Source of the DNA: an uncultured Granulosicoccus sp.
GTDB lineage: Bacteria > Pseudomonadota > Gammaproteobacteria > Granulosicoccales > Granulosicoccaceae
NCBI GenBank assembly: GCA_937991945.1
Contig: CALKLO010000034.1
Coordinates: 19,270-83,269, forward strand
Length of the DNA stretch: 64,000 bases
Reading direction: 5' to 3'
The notes below the pieces were generated by a model that was not told where the DNA came from, did not search any database, and saw only the letters and a program-made list of their open reading frames with translations. The translations under genes and the position numbers were made by a program. Shown here piece after piece: positions 48,932 through 58,359 of this stretch; positions within the stretch are counted from its first letter, which is position 1, and each line of letters starts with the position of its first letter.

Positions 48932-49401
48932 CACCGAAACGCAAGCAGCGCTTATTGATGGTTTGCCTCATGTTAAGTGGGGTGGGCGTAGCAGTCGCCT
49001 TTGGGGTTAATGCGTTTAAGCAGAACATCATGCTATTCCACTCTCCCTCAGATGTTGCAGCAGGCGCGGTAGAGCCTGGAACACCGTTTCGTGTCGGCGG
49101 TATGGTTATAGACGGTAGTGTGAATCGCAGTAGCGAAACTCTGGCTGTCTCATTTGGACTCACTGATCACGCAGAAAACATAACCGTCTCTTTTGAGGGG
49201 ATACTGCCTGATTTGTTTCGTGAAGGGCAGGGAATAGTCGCCATGGGGTCCATCGACGATCAAGGAACATTCAATGCCACTGAAGTCCTGGCTAAGCACG
49301 ACGAAAACTACATGCCACCGGAAGTCGCGGAGGCGCTAGAAAAGGCTGGAAAGATGCCCGGAACAGCCGCTAACTATGGAAGTAAGACAGTACAGCCATG
49401 A
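48928..49401 (+). CDS. ccmE: Cytochrome c maturation heme chaperone
   Basis: LPDLFREGQG, VLAKHDENYMP. Confidence 0.97.
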   Translation: MTPKRKQRLLMVCLMLSGVGVAVAFGVNAFKQNIMLFHSPSDVAAGAVEPGTPFRVGGMVIDGSVNRSSETLAVSFGLTDHAENITVSFEGILPDLFREGQGIVAMGSIDDQGTFNATEVLAKHDENYMPPEVAEALEKAGKMPGTAANYGSKTVQP

Positions 49402-51449
49402 TTCCTGAACTTGGACACTTCGCGTTAATTCTCGCGCTATGCACGGCCATCATTTTAGCGGTGGTGCCGATGCTAGGCAGCTTTACAGGCCACTCAGGCT
49501 TGATGGCTATTGCACGACCAGCCGCCAGTGCACAGGCTTTTTTTGTTTCACTGGCCTACGCCTGTTTGACTTGGGCGTTTATCAGTCACGATTTCAGTGT
49601 TCTGTATGTCGCCAATACGAGTAACACCTCCTTGCCACTCGTCTACCGAATCTCTGGAGTGTGGGGTGGGCATGAAGGATCCATACTTTTTTGGTGCTTT
49701 ATTTCAGCGCTTTGGACCGGGGCTGTGGCTGTCTTCAGCCGCTCATTACCGCAAGTGCTCTTAGCGCGTGTTTTAGCGGTGCTGGGTTTTGTCAGTGTCG
49801 GTTTCTTATTATTCGTATTACTCACATCTAACCCATTTGAGAGGCTTTTTCCTGTGCCTCTTGATGGTGCCTCATTGAATCCCTTGTTGCAGGACCCGGG
49901 TATGGCGATACATCCGCCGATGTTGTACCTAGGCTATGTTGGGTTTTCAGTAGCGTTCGCTTTTGCCATCGCAGCACTCATTGGCGGGCAGCTCGATACA
50001 GCAACATTGCGTTGGATGCGTCCTTGGACAAACATCGCTTGGATGTTTTTGACCTTAGGTATATCGTTAGGTAGCTGGTGGGCATATAACGAGTTAGGCT
50101 GGGGGGGCTGGTGGTTCTGGGATCCGGTTGAAAACGCTTCATTTATGCCATGGCTTGTGGGAACTGCGCTTATCCATTCGCTGGCAGCCTCTGAAAAGCG
50201 TGGGGTATTTAAGGCGTGGACTGTATTGCTAGCGGTGCTCGCGTTCTCGTTAAGCTTGCTGGGTACATTCTTAGTGCGTTCAGGTGTGCTGACCTCGGTG
50301 CATTCTTTCGCGGCTGATCCAACTCGTGGGCTGTACATCCTTTTGTTTCTGGGTGTTGTTGTTGGAGGCTCTCTCGTTCTATATGCTTTTCGCTCGCACA
50401 GGCTTAATTCCACTGCGACCTACGAGCTTGTGTCGCGAGAGACAGCGCTACTACTCAACAATGTTTTATTAGTCGTTGCTTGTGCAGCAGTACTACTAGG
50501 AACCCTATACCCATTGTTTGTAGATGCGTTGGGTTACGGCAAAATGTCAGTGGGTGAGCAATACTTTAACGCGGTGTTTGTACCTCTTATGCTCCCGATT
50601 TTGTTTATTGTCGGTTTGGGCGCGATGCTCAATTGGAAGCGAGACAAAATGAAAGGCCGCTCTGGTCCATTACTTATTTTAGCGGTTTTGAGTGTTGTCA
50701 CAGCTGGCGTGTTAGCGACTCAATTGTTGAGTTTTAGTTTCGCAGCCGTTGCCTCATTAGCTTTAGCGATCTGGATAACTGCATCAACGGTCTTTGGTAT
50801 TGTTCATCGCATTCGTAATAAGCGAAAGCGTTTGTCAGCTGTTATGCATACTCCCGCAGCATTTTGGGGAATGAGTATTGCCCATGTTGGTTTGGCTGTG
50901 TTCACGGTCGGCGTAGCATTGACATCCATTTACACCGAAGAACAAACCGTGCGAATGGAAGTCAACACAACTCATACTGTGGGTGGTTACACATTTACCT
51001 TTGCAGCATTAGACGAGGTACGCGGCAAGAATTTTAATGCGATTGAAGGTCGTTTCAATGTAGAACGCGATGGGGCCGATGTAGGCACGATCAGCGCTCA
51101 GAAACGTTTTTATGATGTTCGCCGTGACACCATGACGGAAGCGGGTATCGATGCTGGTTTCACGAGAGACTTATTCATCGCATTGGGTGAGCCGTTAGAA
51201 GGTGGACAGGCTTGGAGTGTCCGTATACAAACGAAACCGTTTATTCGTTGGATATGGTTGGGTACCATTTTTATGGGACTAGGTGGTTTGCTAGCAGCAC
51301 TTGATCGTCGATACCGCACGGTTTCATCGAGAAGTAAGGCGGCCAAAACCAGTACAGGTAAAGCCAAAAGCGCTCTAGACTCAATGGTTGCAGGATCTAT
51401 GGCTTCTACAGCCACAGCGACCGATACACCTCGTTCTTCGGGTGCCTAA
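49398..51449 (+). CDS. ccmF: Heme lyase CcmF
   Basis: WGGHEGS, LNPLLQDPGMAIHPP, WGGWWFWDPVEN, SVHSFA. Confidence 0.97.
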   Translation: MIPELGHFALILALCTAIILAVVPMLGSFTGHSGLMAIARPAASAQAFFVSLAYACLTWAFISHDFSVLYVANTSNTSLPLVYRISGVWGGHEGSILFWCFISALWTGAVAVFSRSLPQVLLARVLAVLGFVSVGFLLFVLLTSNPFERLFPVPLDGASLNPLLQDPGMAIHPPMLYLGYVGFSVAFAFAIAALIGGQLDTATLRWMRPWTNIAWMFLTLGISLGSWWAYNELGWGGWWFWDPVENASFMPWLVGTALIHSLAASEKRGVFKAWTVLLAVLAFSLSLLGTFLVRSGVLTSVHSFAADPTRGLYILLFLGVVVGGSLVLYAFRSHRLNSTATYELVSRETALLLNNVLLVVACAAVLLGTLYPLFVDALGYGKMSVGEQYFNAVFVPLMLPILFIVGLGAMLNWKRDKMKGRSGPLLILAVLSVVTAGVLATQLLSFSFAAVASLALAIWITASTVFGIVHRIRNKRKRLSAVMHTPAAFWGMSIAHVGLAVFTVGVALTSIYTEEQTVRMEVNTTHTVGGYTFTFAALDEVRGKNFNAIEGRFNVERDGADVGTISAQKRFYDVRRDTMTEAGIDAGFTRDLFIALGEPLEGGQAWSVRIQTKPFIRWIWLGTIFMGLGGLLAALDRRYRTVSSRSKAAKTSTGKAKSALDSMVAGSMASTATATDTPRSSGA

Positions 51450-52003
51450 TGAATATCGCTTTAAAACTACTCCCACTTGCCTTGTTTGTAGCCATAGCAG
51501 CATTTTTAGCCAAGGGTCTATCATTGGACCCTACACAGCTGCCATCGCCGTTGATTGATAAACCAGCGCCTGAATTCACAGTCGCGCGTTTAGGACGTGA
51601 GCCTGGTGATCCATCAGACGGCGATTTCATTAGTCAGGATATGCTGGGGCAGGTGTGGGTTTTGAATGTGTGGGCAAGCTGGTGCGGCCCTTGTATTGCG
51701 GAGCATCCTTATTTGGTAAGTCTTGCTCAGCAGCGTCCAATACCTGTTGTGGGTCTGAACTATAAAGACGAGCCTGGCGATGCCCAACAGTGGTTAGCGC
51801 GTTATGGGGATCCTTTCGCTCATGTTCTCGATGATCGTGATGGTGATGTCGGACTCGATTGGGGGGTGTATGGCGTGCCCGAGACGTTTGTCATAGATCA
51901 AAGTGGACGTGTGCGTTACAAGCATGTGGGCCCTGTCGATGAAGTAGGGTTGACCCAAAAACTAATTCCCATCATTGATCAGCTTCAGAAGGAAACCAGC
52001 TAA
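51449..52003 (+). CDS. ccmG: Thiol:disulfide interchange protein CcmG/DsbE
   Basis: NVWASWCGPCIAEHP, GVYGVPETF. Confidence 0.95.
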   Translation: MNIALKLLPLALFVAIAAFLAKGLSLDPTQLPSPLIDKPAPEFTVARLGREPGDPSDGDFISQDMLGQVWVLNVWASWCGPCIAEHPYLVSLAQQRPIPVVGLNYKDEPGDAQQWLARYGDPFAHVLDDRDGDVGLDWGVYGVPETFVIDQSGRVRYKHVGPVDEVGLTQKLIPIIDQLQKETS

Positions 52004-52479
52004 TGCTCAGAGCCGGCTTAGTGGCGATTTTATTGTCCTTGATGGTGCACGTGTGGGCGGCAGAGGTTACCGTCTCATTCGACACGCCAGAGCAGAGTGA
52101 GCTGTATCACAGTCTTTTGAAAGAGTATCGGTGTTTAAAATGCCAGAATCAAAATTTGTCCGATTCAAATGCAAGTCTGGCTGGAGACTTGAGACGAGAG
52201 ATTCGCGATCAAATCTTAGCAGGCAATGGTAAGCGTGATATCGATCAATATCTGATTGCACGCTACGGGGATTTTGTTCTTTATCGTCCACCGTTCTCGG
52301 CAAAAACAGCTGTTTTGTGGATCGGGCCCTTTGTTTTGTTGATTGTTGCGCTTGCTGGTGTATTTGTCATGATCCGGCGTCAAAGGCTTCGAGCCAGTGA
52401 AAAATCGCTACCAGTCGAGGAGTCTGATGAACTATTCCGCAGGAAATTAGAGAAAGCTAAAAGATTACTAGAGGACTAG
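52003..52479 (+). CDS. ccmH: Cytochrome c biogenesis protein CcmH (N-terminal redox domain)
   Basis: YRCLKCQNQNLSDS, RYGDFVLYRP. Confidence 0.93.
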   Translation: MLRAGLVAILLSLMVHVWAAEVTVSFDTPEQSELYHSLLKEYRCLKCQNQNLSDSNASLAGDLRREIRDQILAGNGKRDIDQYLIARYGDFVLYRPPFSAKTAVLWIGPFVLLIVALAGVFVMIRRQRLRASEKSLPVEESDELFRRKLEKAKRLLED

Positions 52480-52600
52480 CTTCAGTTATAACAGGGCGAC
52501 ATTTATTTTGAGATTCCGAGTCCCGTTATCTGAATGTCGTTAAGTGTAAAATGTTGCCTACTGCTCTTCCGTCGATGGATTGACGTGATATATTTTTGCA

Positions 52601-52627
52601 AATCGGGAAAGCGTTTGATTCCCGATT
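52601..52627. promoter_or_regulatory. Inverted repeat upstream of the XRE gene (possible operator)
   Basis: AATCGGGAA-N9-TTCCCGATT, ending 24 nt before the ATG. Confidence 0.45.
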
Positions 52628-52651
52628 CTATAAAATGGAGCGGCAAAATCA

Positions 52652-53023
52652 ATGATCACGCAGGAAGATTCTCACTCGGAAGTACCTTTACTGGATACAT
52701 TAACGACAGATGAATTTCTGTCTGTTGTTGGTCAGAGAGTGCGAAACCAGCGTTCCGAAAAAGGTATGTCTCGAAAGCGTTTAGCTGAAGTATCTGGCGT
52801 TTCTGAGCGGTATCTTGCTCAACTTGAGTCAGGACAAGGGAACATGTCCATAGCTCTACTACGCAAGGTTACAGCGGCGATTGGCATGTCTATGGGGTCA
52901 TTGATGTCCCCAGAAATCACTGAGGCTCAACCGTTGGGTGCTCACGGAATTTCATTAACTGCAGAATCCGACAAATCACCAAACAAAGCCGACGAGCAAG
53001 CAAACATCGTCGTAGAGATTTAG
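52652..53023 (+). CDS. XRE-family HTH regulator resembling the N-terminal domain of BzdR/BoxR
   Basis: GQRVRNQRSEKGMSRKRLAEVSGVSERYLAQLESGQGNMSIALL; no shikimate-kinase-like domain follows. Confidence 0.85.
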   Translation: MITQEDSHSEVPLLDTLTTDEFLSVVGQRVRNQRSEKGMSRKRLAEVSGVSERYLAQLESGQGNMSIALLRKVTAAIGMSMGSLMSPEITEAQPLGAHGISLTAESDKSPNKADEQANIVVEI

Positions 53024-53052
53024 TACTCTCAGGCTAGATATTGAATCTAGCA

Positions 53053-53083
53053 CAGTAGACCTGTCTAAGTGACAGGTCTACTG
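53053..53083. terminator. Perfect 13-bp hairpin between convergent genes
   Basis: CAGTAGACCTGTC-TAAGT-GACAGGTCTACTG. Confidence 0.7.
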
Positions 53084-53115
53084 CATCACACCCCTTTCAC
53101 GGGTTGAGCCAAAAA

Positions 53116-53625
53116 TTAGAAGCTTAGAATAATATTAGTCAGCGCCTCTTTGTCAGCGCCGACCGCATCTCTTTCATTATCATCATTAAATTGATGAATA
53201 ACGATCCCAGGTTTAGACGTTTCCCATGGATCAACGTCTTCTGTGTTGGTGCTATAACGAACATAGTCATTCATTGCCATCATCCGAGGCATGGCGTCAG
53301 ATTGAGCCATCGTGCGATAAAATTCATCCACTTCCTCAAAAGAATCGGTAGTTTCGAAAAGGACTATTTTTAAACCATTTTCGCCACCAACCCGATATTT
53401 ATTGCCATTGGGGTATAACGGGTAGGGGATAGTGGTGGCCCCATCTATTGCCGTCAAAGTGGCGTCTGTCTCGTTGGCAATGACGTTCGTCACCTCATTG
53501 TTACCGTTGAGAACTACCGGTGCGGTAATTTTCTTGGAGGAGGTGGCAGAGTCTTCACCACACGCTGCCAATACAGCCACGGCGGTTAAGGTAAGGCCTA
53601 ATGACACGCTACGTCGAATGTTCAT
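53116..53625 (-). CDS. Hypothetical lipoprotein (169 aa)
   Basis: Signal peptide with LAAC lipobox; PYPLYPNG motif; no family recognised. Confidence 0.75.
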   Translation of the reverse strand: MNIRRSVSLGLTLTAVAVLAACGEDSATSSKKITAPVVLNGNNEVTNVIANETDATLTAIDGATTIPYPLYPNGNKYRVGGENGLKIVLFETTDSFEEVDEFYRTMAQSDAMPRMMAMNDYVRYSTNTEDVDPWETSKPGIVIHQFNDDNERDAVGADKEALTNIILSF

Positions 53626-53755
53626 GATAATCCTGAAAAGTCAGTAAATTCCCAGTTGGGTCAATCTGAGTGCGAGTAGAAGCGCTCAGATAAATCCTCT
53701 GTTTGTGTAAAGAAGATAGACCATGGACGTACAAATGTGGTAGCGCAGGTTTAGT

Positions 53756-54529
53756 TTAATTGTTAAACATGATTTCTGGTAATGATTTCAGCGCATGGCC
53801 TTTTTCTAATAGTGCTTTTTTTATTAGCTTTGCCGTGTCGACAGCGTGTGAGTTATCGCCGTGAACGCAAATGCTATGAAACTCCGTGGGCAACACATCG
53901 CCGGTCTCGGTGACGACGCCTTGAGCCTCTATCATGGCTAGGACATGTGTGATGCATCCTTGTGCGGTATCTATAACCGCTCCTGGTTTGCGTCTGGAGA
54001 CTAACGAGCCAGTGTTGGTATAGGCGCGATCGGCAAACACTTCTAGGGCGACAGTAAACGAAGCCTCCTGAGCTGCGGCTGCAAGCTGCGAGAGTACGGG
54101 TGCTAAAAATATCAAATCAGGGTTGTAAGCTTTGCAAGCGGCAACAACAACGTCTGCCATAGCTCGGTCCTCACAAGCCATATTGTTTAAGGCACCGTGG
54201 GGTTTTACATGCGTCATGGGCAGCCCGCGCATGTTGCTCATGCCATCTAGCGCGGCAAGCTGATATTGAATCAGAGCGCTTAGCTCGGCATCGGGAATAG
54301 ACATAGGTCGTCTTCCGAATCCTTGTAAATCAGGGAATCCTGGATGAGCGCCTATGCTGACATGCGCGTTGTGTGCAAGATCAATAGTGTTAGCTATGAC
54401 TAGAGGGTCGCCAGCATGGAATCCACAGGCTACGTTCGCTGAATTAACAACGTCTAGCAAATGTATATCATCACCCATTGGCCAAGGACCAAATGACTCA
54501 CCTAAATCGGCATTAAGGTTTAACTGCAT
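53756..54529 (-). CDS. pxpA: 5-oxoprolinase subunit A (LamB/YcsF family)
   Basis: LNADLGESFG, ANVACGFHAGDP, GAHPGFPDLQGFGRR, HVKPHGALNN, CVHGD. Confidence 0.95.
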   Translation of the reverse strand: MQLNLNADLGESFGPWPMGDDIHLLDVVNSANVACGFHAGDPLVIANTIDLAHNAHVSIGAHPGFPDLQGFGRRPMSIPDAELSALIQYQLAALDGMSNMRGLPMTHVKPHGALNNMACEDRAMADVVVAACKAYNPDLIFLAPVLSQLAAAAQEASFTVALEVFADRAYTNTGSLVSRRKPGAVIDTAQGCITHVLAMIEAQGVVTETGDVLPTEFHSICVHGDNSHAVDTAKLIKKALLEKGHALKSLPEIMFNN

Positions 54530-54553
54530 ACAATGCGTTTCCCTGGAAAGTAG

Positions 54554-55591
54554 TTAGATTGGGTTGCCGTCCGTGACACCGCCAATTAGATTGTGTTTAA
54601 ACAATGTTTCATTGCTGATGGTGTTGTTGGTAACACAGCTAAGAGAGCCAATAGCTTTCTGAACTGTTTTATCTTGAACCCGTACGGCATTGATAGCGTC
54701 ATCTATAGAGACTGCACGAAAACTAAAAACAGTGCCTGGCCTGCGTAACCCCAGTAAGGGTAGATCTATGGACAAAACGGTAGCAACTTTCGGGTATCCG
54801 CCAGCGGTGTGTGCATCGTTAAGCAGCACGATAGGTTGGCCGGTACCAGGTACCTGAATTGAGCCGGGTACGATGGCATCAGATACGATGTCTTTAGCCG
54901 CCGCATTTTTATGTTGAACCTCGGGTCCTGTTAAGCGCACACCCATTCGGTCTGCATCAGTGCTAAGCGTGTAGTTACCATTCAGCAGGTTGTTAATGCC
55001 TTCATCGGAAAAGTGATCTTGCTGAGGCCCGAGAACAACTCTGATTTCATTTTGCTCGTAGTCTTTGAGCACGGGGTTGGTGCATTGATACTCTGCACCG
55101 CTCGTGTTTTCGTTAACGCAAATAACGTCGCCAGTTTTCAATACGGAGCCGTTCAAGCCGCCCAAGGTTGCCTTGGCGTAGGTCGATGAACTACCAAGCT
55201 GTTTTTGCACCTCAAGGCCTGAAAACGCGATGACCGCATGTCTATAGTTGCCGGTGCTACGTAATAGTATTGTGCTGTGCGAAGGGGCCAAATAGCTTTT
55301 TGCTGGTTGAAGTTTTTGCGTGCTAACACCATCGTTAAGCAGTAGCTCGACGCCCTCGTGTGCACAGAATGCAAATCTGACACTTTTGTCAGCAACCGCA
55401 ATGTCTAAGCCGCCTTCCCAGCTCTCTATAACGCTGTTATCTAAAGCGTTATCTACTAGGGCATTCGCCATTTTTTGCCAAACAGGGACTAGGCAGCCGG
55501 ACCACGGTATTCCTAAATGTCTTAGTTTGAACCTGCCACTATCTTGCACAGTACTTAACAAGCCAGGTCGGGTGACGGTAATTGTATTCAT
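54554..55591 (-). CDS. pxpC: 5-oxoprolinase subunit C (AHS2-like)
   Basis: TVQDSGR, DRMGVRL, VPGSIQVP..GQPIVL, HTAGGYPK; ATGA overlap with pxpB. Confidence 0.9.
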   Translation of the reverse strand: MNTITVTRPGLLSTVQDSGRFKLRHLGIPWSGCLVPVWQKMANALVDNALDNSVIESWEGGLDIAVADKSVRFAFCAHEGVELLLNDGVSTQKLQPAKSYLAPSHSTILLRSTGNYRHAVIAFSGLEVQKQLGSSSTYAKATLGGLNGSVLKTGDVICVNENTSGAEYQCTNPVLKDYEQNEIRVVLGPQQDHFSDEGINNLLNGNYTLSTDADRMGVRLTGPEVQHKNAAAKDIVSDAIVPGSIQVPGTGQPIVLLNDAHTAGGYPKVATVLSIDLPLLGLRRPGTVFSFRAVSIDDAINAVRVQDKTVQKAIGSLSCVTNNTISNETLFKHNLIGGVTDGNPI

Positions 55592-56352
55592 TGGCTCAAC
55601 GCCTGCGACGAGCACAGTGTTTCGCGATCAAATTGGCCCTGCAGTTTCAAGTCGTTGAGTGCGTCAAATTCATCCTTTTCTATGGATTTAAATCTGACGG
55701 TATCACCTGCCTTAAACAGTGCTGGCTGAGCCAGCGTGCCATCAAATAACGGAACAGGGCACTTGCCTAAAATATGCCATCCACCCGGGCTGTCCCACGG
55801 GTAGACGCCAGTGAGTTGCATTGCGATAGCAACACTTCCTTCCGGGACTCTGACTCTAGGTTCTGAGCGCCTAGGCAAATGAAGCTCTTTGGGGGTATCG
55901 CCCAAAAAAGCGAAACCTGGCAGAAAGCCCAGCATATAAACAGAGAATTCTGTTGCTTGATGCATTTCAATAACGCGCTGTTCGTCTAGTCCCGTTAGTG
56001 TTGCGACACTGTGCAAGTCTGGTCCTGATTCATCACCATAGTGGACAGGGATGACGAACTGAGTGCCTAAGCTGATTACTTTTTCACCCGTGTCGGAGTC
56101 GAGTAGGCGAAGCTGTTCAATGAGCTGATCTGGGTGAACGATTAAAGGGTCAAAAATAACGGCAAGAGAGCGAAAGGTAGGAACGCATTCAAGCACGCCT
56201 ACAAGCTTTTCTTCAATACTAGCGGCGCTGATTCGCGCATTCATAGCAACCACTTGGTCAACAAGCTTGCGCTCAATGGTGTTACCAAATTCGAGAATTA
56301 GGCAGCGTTCTCCCGCGTAGTGGGGTGTCCAAGATTCCTGTGTAAGCAGCAT
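55588..56352 (-). CDS. pxpB: 5-oxoprolinase subunit B (AHS1-like)
   Basis: VPTFRSL, GPDL, YMLGFLPGFAFL, LPRRSEPR, SPGGWHILG. Confidence 0.92.
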   Translation of the reverse strand: MLLTQESWTPHYAGERCLILEFGNTIERKLVDQVVAMNARISAASIEEKLVGVLECVPTFRSLAVIFDPLIVHPDQLIEQLRLLDSDTGEKVISLGTQFVIPVHYGDESGPDLHSVATLTGLDEQRVIEMHQATEFSVYMLGFLPGFAFLGDTPKELHLPRRSEPRVRVPEGSVAIAMQLTGVYPWDSPGGWHILGKCPVPLFDGTLAQPALFKAGDTVRFKSIEKDEFDALNDLKLQGQFDRETLCSSQALSQ

Positions 56353-56379
56353 GGTAAAGAGTGTTTAGCTATGTTGCCT

Positions 56380-57210
56380 TTACAGGATGAAGTGATGATT
56401 GGGGTTGGCCGATAAAACATCCGATAGCGCATTAAAATGTTGCTGCGCGTAGAAAGCCAAATTTTCCCGAAACTGTTCGGCTGTTTGTTGGGCTACGTCA
56501 TCAGGAATGATTTTAATCGGTGCGCCAGTTTGCATCGCAAAGACATGCTGCCTGCAGGCGCGTTCTAAATAATAAAGATCATCAAAAGCCATGGCCACTG
56601 AGCTGCCGTTAACGACAACACCATGATGGGCTAGAAAAAGTATGTCAACGTCAGATGATCGAGACGCTTTATCCGAAATACGTGCGCCTTCCTCTGCGTC
56701 ATGTGCCAAACCGCCGAAGTTGGGTTCATAGCCAATGCGGCCAAGAAAGCGAGTCGCCGTTTGGTGTGACATGGGAAGTATCGATGCATCCCCTTGTAAT
56801 AAAGTAAGAGTCGTTGCATACGGCATATGCGTATGAAGCACCGCTTTGTGCCTAGGGTTTGCCCTGTGGGCTGCGACGTGGATAAATAACGCGCTGTCTT
56901 CGACTTCACCAGCGCCACTCAATATAGTTCCTTTTCCATCTACCAGTAGTAGGGAGTCAGGCCGCATTTGAGACCAATGCACACCGTAAGGATTAATGAG
57001 GTAGCGTTCTTCGGGTCCATCTAATTGAACCGAGAAATGGTTGCAGATACCTTCGTGCAGTCCAAATCGTTCGGCAAGACGAAAAGCCAATGCTAATTGC
57101 TCGCGATCATGCTTCTCTGTTGAGTCAGGAGACTGGCCAGAATTCGCAGTGAGGGAGCTTAGTGTATTTGCAGGGATTGCCATACTGAGCAGCTTAGTGG
57201 TTGACGCCAA
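56380..57210 (-). CDS. Class II aldolase/adducin family protein
   Basis: EGICNHFS, LINPYG, FIH..H, VLHTHMPY, LAHHGVV. Confidence 0.9.
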   Translation of the reverse strand: MASTTKLLSMAIPANTLSSLTANSGQSPDSTEKHDREQLALAFRLAERFGLHEGICNHFSVQLDGPEERYLINPYGVHWSQMRPDSLLLVDGKGTILSGAGEVEDSALFIHVAAHRANPRHKAVLHTHMPYATTLTLLQGDASILPMSHQTATRFLGRIGYEPNFGGLAHDAEEGARISDKASRSSDVDILFLAHHGVVVNGSSVAMAFDDLYYLERACRQHVFAMQTGAPIKIIPDDVAQQTAEQFRENLAFYAQQHFNALSDVLSANPNHHFIL

Positions 57211-57315
57211 GCTGTCATGATATACCTAGCATGAAGCATAGATACCAACATTTTGTACGCAGATTTGCGAATTCCCGGTCGGCGGATACGATATCCGCTG
57301 ACCGGGCGGCGCAAA

Positions 57316-58074
57316 TTAAGCTGTAGCAGCTTCTCGCGTTTCTTCTTCTTCGTCAGCTCCAGCAGTTGTCGTCTCGATTGCAGAAAGCAACTTAGAGTCA
57401 ACTTTTGGTGCCGCAGCAGAATCGTCGTCCGACTTAGCTTCCATTTCATCAGCCCAAGTGCGCAGCTCACGGTACGCTGCTAGCAGACTGGCTGCTTGCT
57501 CTTTGAGTTCAGATAGGGTGTCGAGTTCTTCTTTTTGCTGCTTGTTCTCTTTCTTTAGCTTGCGGTTAGCGTCTTCTGCAGTTTTACGTGCATTAGCTTC
57601 GTCTAACTTTTGCTTTTTAAGAGTTTTGAGTTTTTTCAGGATGTTATCAGGGGTATCGGCCAACGCAGTGTTGATCGCCTTGAGTTCCCGCTGTTTGTCA
57701 TCCACCTGACGCTTGGCTTTAAGCAATGCTTCTGCATTGTCCTTTCGGCCTACGATCAGTGCTTGGTCAGCAGCTTCTTTCGCACGAATTGCTTCGTCAC
57801 GCTGTGCTTCTGCTTCAGCCTTAGATTTTAGGGTCTTTTTAACTTCCCCTTGCATGATGCCGATTTCTTCAGACGCTCGGTTTCGAGTGTCTCCCATGTT
57901 GGAATCAGCATCAGTGGCTCGTTTAATCGCTTGGTCGAGGGCAGATCTTAAGTCCTCGGCAGTAAAGTCTTCCTTTAACTTTAACGCAGAAGCGGCTTCG
58001 TTCATCAGCACTTGCTTGCTGATGGCTAGGTCTTTCCAAATTCTCAGTTGCTGTTCGCTGTCGGCTTGACTCAC
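57316..58074 (-). CDS. Hypothetical long coiled-coil protein (252 aa)
   Basis: GTG start; A/K/E/L-rich heptad pattern over most of the length; no TM or signal peptide. Confidence 0.8.
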   Translation of the reverse strand: MSQADSEQQLRIWKDLAISKQVLMNEAASALKLKEDFTAEDLRSALDQAIKRATDADSNMGDTRNRASEEIGIMQGEVKKTLKSKAEAEAQRDEAIRAKEAADQALIVGRKDNAEALLKAKRQVDDKQRELKAINTALADTPDNILKKLKTLKKQKLDEANARKTAEDANRKLKKENKQQKEELDTLSELKEQAASLLAAYRELRTWADEMEAKSDDDSAAAPKVDSKLLSAIETTTAGADEEEETREAATA

Positions 58075-58359
58075 GTAATAATCTCTTGAACGAAAAGGGT
58101 GATATCCAAAGCTAAAATAAGCTTAGGAATCGGTTTTGAATGAATGTGTGATTAGGGTGGCTGAGTGATTTACTATCTAACAGTATGAATTAAAACCCAA
58201 AAAGGTATTACCATCGGTGTGTCTGATGTGTTTGCTGGCATGAACGCCTTGGCCTTTTCCCGAAATCATATGCGACGAGCGTGATTCTGCCCCTACATAA
58301 CTCCCAAGTATACTGCTTTTTGGCGTCGCAATCAGCTCTCTTCTTAGAGACTCGCCCGA

